Under the pieces are notes generated by a model. That model saw only the letters and a list, made by a program, of their open reading frames with translations. It searched no databases and was not told the DNA's origin. A stretch of 32,000 nucleotides of DNA from Gemmataceae bacterium. GTDB taxonomy: Bacteria; Planctomycetota; Planctomycetia; Gemmatales; Gemmataceae. The DNA is taken from positions 1,532,718 to 1,564,717 of the forward strand of contig JAXMBA010000002.1 in assembly GCA_046350095.1 (NCBI GenBank). Direction: 5' to 3'. Position 1 is the first letter of the stretch; each line of letters opens with the position of its first letter. A program made the position numbers and the translations under genes. Shown here piece after piece: positions 15,322 to 22,786 of this stretch.

Positions 15322-15443
15322 AAGGCATTTTTTGACAGGATAACAGGATGAAGCAGGATGGAAGACAAAGACAAAATATCAATTTAAATTCTGTCTTTGT
15401 CTTCCATCCTGCTTCATCCTGTTATCCTGTCAAAAAATGCCTT
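15322..15443. repeat. Perfect inverted repeat (52-bp arms, 18-nt loop), AT-rich, between convergent genes
   Basis: 15322-15373 is the exact reverse complement of 15392-15443, checked base by base. The loop is aaatatcaatttaaattc. See findings. Confidence 0.95.
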
Positions 15444-15449
15444 TGTTCT

Positions 15450-16667
15450 TCACCCCAGCCCCGTGATCCCGTCCAGCAGCTTGCGTAGCTCCTCGACCTG
15501 GCGCGTGCAGTGCGCCACCGCGGCGGGGCCGTGCCGCACCGCCAGCGCCCGCACCGCCTCGACCAGCCCCAGCGCCGTGTCGGCGTCCACCACCGCGTTG
15601 GCGTCGGCGTCGAGCCCCTCGCGCAGCCGCGCCATCACCGCGTCCGGCGGCGGCCCCGGCAGCCCCACAGCCGACATCGCCGCTTCCACGCCCGAACTCG
15701 CCCGCAGCGCCGCCTCGACCGCGTCGAACAGGAGCCGGTGCGTCTGCCGCTCCGCCACCGCCTGCCGCAGCAGGTCCGCCCCCACCTCCGCGGCCGCGGC
15801 GACCAGCCGGCGGTCGTCGTCGGTGAAGCCGCCGGGCTTGTCGAACAGCTCCAGCGCCACGAGCGTGCTGCCGCCGACGGCCAGCGGCGCCGCCAGCACG
15901 GCGGCGCGGCCGTGCTCGAACGGGAACAGGTCGAGCACGCCGGCCGAGCCGCCGGAGAAGTCGTTCAACACCGCGGGCTCCGTCCGGCTCACGACCGACG
16001 CGGCGAGCGACCGGTTGAACGGCACGTCGCCGGTCGAGAGGAACTGCCCGTCCGGCCCGTAGGCGACCGTCACGTCGGTGCCGTCCGGGGAGTGGTGGCG
16101 GATCACGAGCGCGCCGTCCGCGGCGCCGACGGCCCGGCCGGCGAACTTGAGCAGCGACTTCACCGCCGTCGGCAGCGGCACCGGGTCGTTGAGGGCCGCG
16201 GCCGACCGCACGATCGGCAGCACCTTCTCGACCGCCTCGCGGAACGCGGCGAGGGTGCGGTTCACCTCGCGCTGCCGCTTCGCCGGGCGGATGCGGTCGA
16301 GCTGCCGGCCCACGGCCGCGACGAACGCCTCGCGGGTCAGGTCGGTGCTCTTGTCGAGGTAGTCGCGGACGCCCATGCGCAGCGCGTCGAGCGGCGTCGC
16401 CTGGTGGGCGAAGCCGGTGACCATGATCGCCACGATCTCGGGCTGGAAGACGACGAGGTCTTCGAGGAGGCGGAGGCCGTCGGAGCCGGAGCCGAGGTTC
16501 CAGTCGAGGACGGCCAAGTCGATGGGCGTCTGGTTGGCGATGGTGAGCGCCGCCTCGGCGTCGGCGGCGGCGAGCACGCGGACGCCGAGGCCGCTCCCCT
16601 TGAGCCACTCCTCGAAGGTGCGGCGGACGGGCTCCTCGTCGTCGACGATCAGGACGGCGTCGGTCAT
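15450..16667 (-). CDS. Response regulator with a receiver domain, a GAF-like domain and a C-terminal helical region of unknown function
   Basis: From ATG at 16667 the product starts MTDAVLIVDDEEPVRRTF, then DLAVLDWNLGSGSDG, MVTGFA and DYLDK. The middle region (ALVIRHHSPDGTDVTVAYGPDG...LAAPLAVGGSTLVALELFDKPGGFTDDD) looks GAF-like. No DNA-binding or enzymatic output motif is recognisable. Confidence 0.8.
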   Translation of the reverse strand: MTDAVLIVDDEEPVRRTFEEWLKGSGLGVRVLAAADAEAALTIANQTPIDLAVLDWNLGSGSDGLRLLEDLVVFQPEIVAIMVTGFAHQATPLDALRMGVRDYLDKSTDLTREAFVAAVGRQLDRIRPAKRQREVNRTLAAFREAVEKVLPIVRSAAALNDPVPLPTAVKSLLKFAGRAVGAADGALVIRHHSPDGTDVTVAYGPDGQFLSTGDVPFNRSLAASVVSRTEPAVLNDFSGGSAGVLDLFPFEHGRAAVLAAPLAVGGSTLVALELFDKPGGFTDDDRRLVAAAAEVGADLLRQAVAERQTHRLLFDAVEAALRASSGVEAAMSAVGLPGPPPDAVMARLREGLDADANAVVDADTALGLVEAVRALAVRHGPAAVAHCTRQVEELRKLLDGITGLG

Positions 16668-16668
16668 G

Positions 16669-16962
16669 TCACCCCTCCGCCAGTCCATGATACGCGGCGA
16701 GGGCGTCGGCGAACCGGCCGGCCAACAGTCGCGCGCAGGCTGCCACGCGCAGCGCGTCGGGCGTGCGGCGGACCGACGCGGACTGCCGCGCGAGCGCTTC
16801 CGACTCGGCGACGCGGCCGGCGGCGAGGGCGGCCCGCGCCGCGGCGAGGAGGCGCGCGGCGTCGGCGTCGGCGGCGAACAGGAGCGCGAGGTCGGCCTTG
16901 CAGCGGCGGCAGGCGGGGCCGGCGTCGTTGGCGGCTTTGCAGCACGGGCAGGGGACGGGCAT
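16669..16962 (-). CDS. Small zinc-ribbon protein (CxCC...CxxC) with an Ala-rich TPR-like helical tail
   Basis: MPVPCPCCKAANDAGPACRRCKADL, followed by Ala/Leu/Arg helices. Its stop (tca at 16669-16671 on the plus strand) lies 1 nt before the ATG of the REC-GAF gene, which suggests translational coupling. The composition is close to that of high-GC shadow ORFs, so confidence is moderate. Confidence 0.55.
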   Translation of the reverse strand: MPVPCPCCKAANDAGPACRRCKADLALLFAADADAARLLAAARAALAAGRVAESEALARQSASVRRTPDALRVAACARLLAGRFADALAAYHGLAEG

Positions 16963-17189
16963 GGGGGCGTCCGCGGGGTCGGGGGCGTCGCCGGTAGCTT
17001 ATCGGCGGCGGGCGTCAGGGCGGCGGCGGCGCTCCTGGCAAGTTTGAAACAGGCGACCCGCCCGGTGCCACCCCGTCACCGACGCGTGCTACGGTTGCCC
17101 GGTAGCCGCGGTTGGCGGCCCCAGGATGCGCCCTCGCCCGGCGGCCCCGGCGCGATAAGACTACTACCTGCCCCCGGAGAGCCCGGCCG

Positions 17190-17756
17190 ATGCGCGAAAC
17201 GCTGATGTTCTACGGCGAGATCGTTCGCCGCTGGCGGGTCACCGGCGCCATCGGGCCGAGCGGCCCCGTCCTCGCCCGCGCCATGGCCGACGCCGTCGGC
17301 CCCGTCGCCCCCGGGCAGGTGATCCTCGAACTCGGGCCGGGCACCGGCGTGTTCACGCGGGAGCTCGTGCGCCGATTCCCCTCGGCACGCGTCGTCGCCG
17401 TCGAGCTGAACGAGCGCTTCGCCGGCCACCTCCGCACCGCCGTGCCGGGCGCCACCGTCGTGAACGGCTGCGCCTCGCGGCTGGACGCGCACCTGGCGGG
17501 CCTCGGCTGCACGGCTCACGACGTGGCCGCGGTGGTGAGCGGGCTGCCGCTGCTGGTGCTGCCCGGCGACCTGCCGCGGCGGGTGTTCGGGTCGGTCGCC
17601 GGGGCGCTCCGGCCGGGCCGCCGGTTCGTACAATTCACCTACTCCCAGAAGGCGTGGCGGCGGTTCGACGCCACCGGCTTCCGGCCCGACGCGCCGCGCC
17701 GGGTGTGGCGGAACTTCCCGCCCGCGGTCGTCCTGCCGTTCACGCGCACCGACTGA
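17190..17756 (+). CDS. pmtA: Class I SAM-dependent methyltransferase, phospholipid N-methyltransferase (PmtA/COG3963)-like
   Basis: SAM-binding motif VILELGPGTGVFT. The N-terminal TGAIGPSGPVLARAM resembles the conserved PmtA-type lead-in. It sits directly upstream of psd and pssA on the same strand. Confidence 0.65.
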   Translation: MRETLMFYGEIVRRWRVTGAIGPSGPVLARAMADAVGPVAPGQVILELGPGTGVFTRELVRRFPSARVVAVELNERFAGHLRTAVPGATVVNGCASRLDAHLAGLGCTAHDVAAVVSGLPLLVLPGDLPRRVFGSVAGALRPGRRFVQFTYSQKAWRRFDATGFRPDAPRRVWRNFPPAVVLPFTRTD

Positions 17757-17776
17757 CCGAACTCCCCGGAACCCGC

Positions 17777-18754
17777 ATGTCGTCCGCCGCGCCGCTCCCG
17801 CCCGAGCCGATGGACCCCAAGCTAACGACGATCCAGCCCGGCGGCGGCGTCGTGATGCGGCTCGAACTCGCCTGGGGCGCCCTCCGCCGCGCCTACCTCC
17901 GCACCTTCCGCGCGGGTTACGTCCGCCGCATGGCCGCGCTCCGCAAGGGCGACACGAACCCCTGCCCGTTCCCCGTCCTCGACCCGCGCGACCTGAAGTT
18001 CTACCGCAACCAGCCCGGCTACCACTGGGAGCCGCAGGACGACCCGTTTCGCTGGCGCGACCGCATCCCGTTCGCCCGCGCCGGCCTCGCCGAGTTGCTC
18101 GTCTTCACCGCCCTCACGTTCGGCCCCGCCGCGGCGCTGGCCGCGTGGCTCTCCACCGCCGGAGACGGCCTGCTGCCGGCGCTCGGCTGGCTGCTCGTCG
18201 CGGCGCTGTGGGTGGCCGGCGTGCTCGTCGTGTGGTTCTTCCGCGACCCCGAGCGCGCCGTGCCGACGGCCCCGGGCCTGGTCATCTCCCCGGCCGACGG
18301 CAAGGTCGTGCTCATCCAGGAGCTGGAGTACGACGAGTTCGTCGGCGGCCCGGCGGTGCAGATCGGCATCTTCCTGTCGATCTTCAACTGCCACCTGAAC
18401 CGCGCCCCTGTGGCCGGCCGAGTGGTCGGGCTGCGCTACAAGATGGGCAAATTCCTGAACGCGATCCGCCCCGAGTCGGCGCGCGAGAACGAGCAACTCG
18501 CGGTGCGGATGCAGGAGGACGCCCCGCCGTACCGCCGCTACGTCATCCGCCAGATCACCGGCGCCATCGCCCGCCGCATCGTGTGCTGGCTGAAGCCGGG
18601 CGACGCCGTGAGCCGCGGCGAGCGGTTCGGCATGATCAAGTTCGGCTCGCGCACGGAGCTGGTGATGCCGCGGGAGGCGGGGCTGAAGATCGTCACCAAG
18701 CTCGGCGACAAGGTGAAGGCGGGGCTGTCGGTGCTCGCGGAGTACCCCTCATGA
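17777..18754 (+). CDS. psd: Phosphatidylserine decarboxylase proenzyme (short/archaeal-type core) with a long N-terminal extension
   Basis: Core region LVISPADGKVVLIQE, FLSIFNCHLNRAPVAGRV, and the self-cleavage-type motif FGSRTEL near the C-terminus. Two TM helices (ELLVFTALTFGPAAALAAWL and LGWLLVAALWVAGVLVVWFF) are preceded by about 100 extra residues. The stop overlaps the pssA ATG (ATGA at 18751-18754). Confidence 0.85.
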   Translation: MSSAAPLPPEPMDPKLTTIQPGGGVVMRLELAWGALRRAYLRTFRAGYVRRMAALRKGDTNPCPFPVLDPRDLKFYRNQPGYHWEPQDDPFRWRDRIPFARAGLAELLVFTALTFGPAAALAAWLSTAGDGLLPALGWLLVAALWVAGVLVVWFFRDPERAVPTAPGLVISPADGKVVLIQELEYDEFVGGPAVQIGIFLSIFNCHLNRAPVAGRVVGLRYKMGKFLNAIRPESARENEQLAVRMQEDAPPYRRYVIRQITGAIARRIVCWLKPGDAVSRGERFGMIKFGSRTELVMPREAGLKIVTKLGDKVKAGLSVLAEYPS

Positions 18755-19644
18755 AGCTGAAGCTGCGCGGACGCCGGCCGAGGCCCAAAGCGTTCGCCGT
18801 GCTGCCGACGCTGCTGACGCTGGCCAACGGCGTGTGCGGCTTCGGGGCCATCGCGTTCGCGTCGGGGTGGGCCGGGTACGAGCCGGCGACGGCGCTGTTC
18901 ACCGCCGGCTGCCTCATCTTCCTCGGCATGCTGTTCGACGGCCTCGACGGCGCCGCCGCCCGCTGGGCCGGGCAGACGAGTAAGTTCGGCGCCGAGCTCG
19001 ATTCCCTCTGCGACGCGATCAGCTTCGGGGCGGCGCCGGCGTTCGTGATGCTGGCGCTGGCGAAGTTCGAGCACGTCGGCATCCCGCCGCGGCTGCTGTT
19101 CGTGGTGGCGGCGCTGTACGTGGTGGGGGCGGTGCTGCGGCTGGCGCGGTTCAACGTGGAGCCGCCGCCGCCGCCGGAGCTGGCCGCCGAGGAGAAGGCA
19201 AAGGGGTTCACGGGCCTGCCGTCGCCGGCGGCGGCGGCGGTGGTGGCGTCGTTCCCGATCGCGCTGTTCGGCCCGCAGCTCGCGTCGGACGCGGAGCCGT
19301 CGGAGGCCGCGGCGCTGACCGACCTGTGGGCGGCCCGGCTGCTGCCGCTGGTGACGTTCGGCGTGGCGCTGCTGATGGTGTCGCGGGTGAGGTACGCCCA
19401 CCTGCTGAAGCAATTGCTGCGGCGCGGGCGGAACCGGAAGCTCCTGCTGGTGGTGGTCTTCGCCATTCTGGTGGTGATCGCGGTGCCGCGGGTGGCGGTG
19501 CCGATCCTGGTGTGCTGGTACGCCTTCGCGCCGCCGGTGATGGCGGGCTGGACCCGCTACTTCCGGGGGGCGCCGCCGGCGCCGGCGCCCGCGTCGGGGG
19601 TGTACCCGCGGCCGGTGCCGCCGAACGACGGCACTTCGGGCTGA
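18751..19644 (+). CDS. pssA: CDP-diacylglycerol-serine O-phosphatidyltransferase (CDP-alcohol phosphatidyltransferase family)
   Basis: DGLDGAAARWAGQTSKFGAELDSLCDAISF matches D-G-x2-A-R-x8-G-x3-D-x3-D. The protein has multiple TM helices. Confidence 0.88.
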   Translation: MKLKLRGRRPRPKAFAVLPTLLTLANGVCGFGAIAFASGWAGYEPATALFTAGCLIFLGMLFDGLDGAAARWAGQTSKFGAELDSLCDAISFGAAPAFVMLALAKFEHVGIPPRLLFVVAALYVVGAVLRLARFNVEPPPPPELAAEEKAKGFTGLPSPAAAAVVASFPIALFGPQLASDAEPSEAAALTDLWAARLLPLVTFGVALLMVSRVRYAHLLKQLLRRGRNRKLLLVVVFAILVVIAVPRVAVPILVCWYAFAPPVMAGWTRYFRGAPPAPAPASGVYPRPVPPNDGTSG

Positions 19645-19654
19645 TCCCGCCCCC

Positions 19655-19880
19655 GGGTTTTCACCCGGAAGGGGTGAGAGCCCTCAGCCCAGGACAAGGC
19701 CCGAAGGGCCGCCGCCCTGGGTACGGGGATCCAACCACCCCGCAGGCTGAAGGCCTGCCAGCCGGCTCGCAGGCCTTCAGCCTGCAAATCCCAACCCTTC
19801 ACACCCAGGGCGGCGCCGCTTCGCGGCTCGCCCTGGGCCGAGGGCTGCCAGGCCTTCGGCCTGAAAACCCCGGCACCGAC
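19655..19880. repeat. Composite cluster of GC-rich nested palindromic (REP/MITE-like) units
   Basis: Hairpins: caccc-ggaag-gggtg at 19662-19676; ggccc-gaa-gggcc at 19698-19710; gcaggc-tgaag-gcctgc at 19742-19758 and its inverted copy at 19769-19785; gccgc-ttc-gcggc at 19815-19827. Positions 19804-19870 match 26838-26904 at 61 of 67 positions by manual alignment. Confidence 0.8.
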
Positions 19881-19918
19881 CAACGCCGGACTCGAACCGA
19901 CTGGATTCGGGCGGACCC

Positions 19919-20623
19919 ATGACCGACCCCACGAAGCCGCCGGGCAACATCCTCCTCATCTGCTGGCGGCAGTGGCTCGCCGAGCGCGCCCTGGCCCGGC
20001 GCGGCGTCCGCTACCGGTCCACCGACCGGGCCGTCGTCGCCGCCGCCTACGCGGCCATGACCGAGGACGAGTTCGAGGCGTCGAACGCCCGGCAGACGTG
20101 GGCCAACTGGCGGACCATCCCGCGGGCGCTAAAGGGCCGCGTGCCCGCCCGCCCGTGGCGCGCGCTCGACCTCGGCTGCGGCACCGGCACCTCGACGCGC
20201 GTGTTGGCCGCGTGCGCCCCGGCGGGCTCGGAGGTGACCGGGTACGAGCTGGCGCCGCAGCTCGCGGAGGTGGCCGCCCGGCGGGCGTACGCCCCGGGCG
20301 TGACGGTGCGGTTCGTGTGTCAGGGGATCACCGAGCCGCTCCGCGACCCGGCGGGCGAGGTGGTGCGGGCGGCGTCGGTGGACGTGGTGAACAGCAGCGG
20401 CGTGGTCGGCCACCACCTCGACCCGGAGACGGTGCGGCCGCTGGTGGCGGAGGTGCGGCGGGTGCTGGCGCCCGGCGGGGTGGCGGTGCTCGACGACGGG
20501 CCGACGCTGCCGACCGCGGCGCTGACGGAACGGATGCGGGCGGCCGGCTTCGAGCCGCTGGGCCGGTACAAGTGCTGGCCGCTGGCCACGAGCGCCCAGG
20601 TGGCGTTCCGGGCGCCCGGGTAG
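19919..20623 (+). CDS. Class I SAM-dependent methyltransferase, substrate unknown
   Basis: Motif I ALDLGCGTGTSTRVLA, and post-motif VAVLDDGP. Confidence 0.8.
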   Translation: MTDPTKPPGNILLICWRQWLAERALARRGVRYRSTDRAVVAAAYAAMTEDEFEASNARQTWANWRTIPRALKGRVPARPWRALDLGCGTGTSTRVLAACAPAGSEVTGYELAPQLAEVAARRAYAPGVTVRFVCQGITEPLRDPAGEVVRAASVDVVNSSGVVGHHLDPETVRPLVAEVRRVLAPGGVAVLDDGPTLPTAALTERMRAAGFEPLGRYKCWPLATSAQVAFRAPG

Positions 20624-20698
20624 CCGCCGTCGGCCCATCGGGCGGGCGCGTTTTCCCCTCTTGCCCCCGTTCCCGCCGCGCGGGTATAACCCGCGGCC

Positions 20699-22786
20699 AT
20701 GCGGAACTTCCTGCGCACCCTGAAGTACGCCTGGCCGTACCGCCGCCGCCTGCTCGCGTCGTTCGTCTGCGCCCTCGTCGTCGCGGCGCTGTGGAGCCTC
20801 AACCTCTCCGCCATCTACCCGGTCCTGAAGATCCTCAGCACCGACAAGAACCTGCAGCAGTGGGTGGACGACGAGATCGACACCTGCGTGAAGGAGCGGA
20901 ACCGCCCCGACCGGCAGGCGAAGCTGGAGCAGCTCCGCGCCGACCTCCGCGCCGCCGAGGCGCAGCCCGAGGGCGCCGACCGCGAGACGGCCATCCGCAA
21001 GGCCGGCCACGAGATCGCCAAGGTCGAGGAGACGCTTCTGTACTTCGCCACGTGGGAGTACCGCTACCGGCTGCTGCGCGACCGCGTCATCACGCACCTG
21101 CCGGAGGACCGGTTCGCCACGTTCCTGGTCATCATGGGCGCGGTCGTCGGGTGCGTCGCGGTGAAGGGCGTGTTCGAGTTCGCCCACGAGTCGCTGGTCG
21201 GCAGCGTGATGAACCGGACGCTGTTCGACATCCGCAACCGCTGCTTCCGCCGGCTCATCCACCAGGACATCCGCCAGATCACCGCGGCCGGCACGGCCGA
21301 CCTGATGGCCCGGTTCACGAACGACACCGAGCAGCTCGGCCTGGGGCTGAAGATCCTGTTCGGCCGCATGGTCGCCGAGCCGCTCAAGGCCGTCGGCTGC
21401 CTCGCCGTGGCGTGCAGCATCTCGTGGCAGCTCACCGTCGTGTTCTGCGTCGTGGTGCCGCTGGTGATGGTCACGCTGATGCGCGTCAGCCGGGCGATGC
21501 GCCGCGCCGCCCGGAAGGTGCTGGAGCGGATGAGCGTGCTGTACAAGCTGCTGCGGGAGGTGCTGGACGGCGCCCGCGCGGTGAAGGCGTTCACCCGCGA
21601 GCCGCACGAGCGCCGCCGGTTCCACAAGGCCACCGAGGAGTACAACCGCAAGGCGATGCGCGTGGTGTACATCGACGCGTTCGCCAACCCGCTGATCGAG
21701 CTGCTCGGCGTGCTGGCCGTGGGCCTGGCGCTGGCCGCGGGCACGTACCTGGTGGTGACGAAGCACACGCACATCTTCGGCATGCGGATGACGGGCCAGC
21801 CGCTGGAGTTCGCCACGCTGTTGCAGCTGTACGCCTTCCTGGCGGCCATCGCCGACCCGGTGCGGAAGCTGTCGAGCGTGTACACGAAGCTCCAGAGCGG
21901 CGAGGCGGCGGCGAACCGCGTGTTCGAGGTGTTCGACCGCGTGCCGAGCGTGGGCGCGAACCCGGCCGGGCCGCGGGTCGGGCGGGTGAAGAAGGGGATC
22001 GAGTTCCGGCACGTCTGCTTCAGCTACAACCCCGGCTCGGACGCGCCGACGCTCGACCTCGTGGACCTGACGGTGAAGGCCGGCGAGACGGTGGCGCTGG
22101 TCGGCCCGAACGGGTGCGGCAAGACGACGCTGCTCGGCCTGCTGCCGCGGTTCTACGACCCCGACCACGGGGCGGTCTTCGTGGACGGCGTGAACGTGCG
22201 GCAGGCGCACCTGCGGAGCCTGCGCCGCCGCATCGGCCTGGTGACGCAGGACACGCAGCTGTTCGACGACACGGTGTTCGCCAACATCGCCTACGGCAAG
22301 AAGGGGGCGACGGAGGCCGAGGTGGTCGCGGCGGCGAAGAAGGCGCACGCCCACGACTTCATCGAGAAGGAGCTGCCGGCGGGCTACCAGACGATGATCG
22401 GCGACCTGGCGGGGAAGATCAGCGGCGGGCAGCGGCAGCGGATCGCGCTGGCGCGGGCGATCCTGCGCGACCCGGACGTGCTGATCCTGGACGAGTTCAC
22501 GAGCCAGATCGACCCGACGAGCGAGGCCGAGATTCACGCCGCCCTGAAGGACTTCGTGAAGGGGCGGACGGTGCTCATGATCACGCACCGGCTGCACGCC
22601 GCGGCGGAGCTCGCGGACCGCGTGGTGGTGATGGACGCCGGCAAGATCGTGGCCGTGGGGCCGCACGCCGAGCTGCTGGCGACGTGCCCGCTGTACCGCC
22701 GCCTGTGCGACCCCGGCCAGCGCGGCGAGGACGAGCCGCCGCCGCCCAGGCCGTCCGAGCCGCCGGCGAAGCGGGAGGCGGCGTGA
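20699..22786 (+). CDS. ABC transporter, fused permease/ATPase (MsbA-like type I exporter) with an enlarged loop between TM1 and TM2
   Basis: Six-TM exporter domain. Walker A GPNGCGKTT, signature ISGGQRQRIALARA, Walker B LILDEFTSQID, and the H-loop region ITHRL. About 85 extra charged, coiled-coil-like residues (STDKNLQQWVDDEID...AKVEETLLYF) follow TM1. Confidence 0.9.
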   Translation: MRNFLRTLKYAWPYRRRLLASFVCALVVAALWSLNLSAIYPVLKILSTDKNLQQWVDDEIDTCVKERNRPDRQAKLEQLRADLRAAEAQPEGADRETAIRKAGHEIAKVEETLLYFATWEYRYRLLRDRVITHLPEDRFATFLVIMGAVVGCVAVKGVFEFAHESLVGSVMNRTLFDIRNRCFRRLIHQDIRQITAAGTADLMARFTNDTEQLGLGLKILFGRMVAEPLKAVGCLAVACSISWQLTVVFCVVVPLVMVTLMRVSRAMRRAARKVLERMSVLYKLLREVLDGARAVKAFTREPHERRRFHKATEEYNRKAMRVVYIDAFANPLIELLGVLAVGLALAAGTYLVVTKHTHIFGMRMTGQPLEFATLLQLYAFLAAIADPVRKLSSVYTKLQSGEAAANRVFEVFDRVPSVGANPAGPRVGRVKKGIEFRHVCFSYNPGSDAPTLDLVDLTVKAGETVALVGPNGCGKTTLLGLLPRFYDPDHGAVFVDGVNVRQAHLRSLRRRIGLVTQDTQLFDDTVFANIAYGKKGATEAEVVAAAKKAHAHDFIEKELPAGYQTMIGDLAGKISGGQRQRIALARAILRDPDVLILDEFTSQIDPTSEAEIHAALKDFVKGRTVLMITHRLHAAAELADRVVVMDAGKIVAVGPHAELLATCPLYRRLCDPGQRGEDEPPPPRPSEPPAKREAA

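Noticed and set aside
15322-15443. Classifying the 52-bp-arm palindrome as a classical MITE
   Set aside because: I see no target-site duplication at the arm boundaries (flanks aacagg and tgttct), and there is only one copy in this window. It remains a possibility but is not supported here, so I report it as an unexplained palindrome.
19972-22782. First ~937 codons of the 1459-aa plus-strand ORF (19972..24351)
   Set aside because: This part is out of frame with the methyltransferase and ABC transporter genes, which both show clear motifs, and it translates to Arg/Gly/Pro low complexity. Only the segment from GTG at 22783 onward (the ArnT-like protein) looks genuinely coding.
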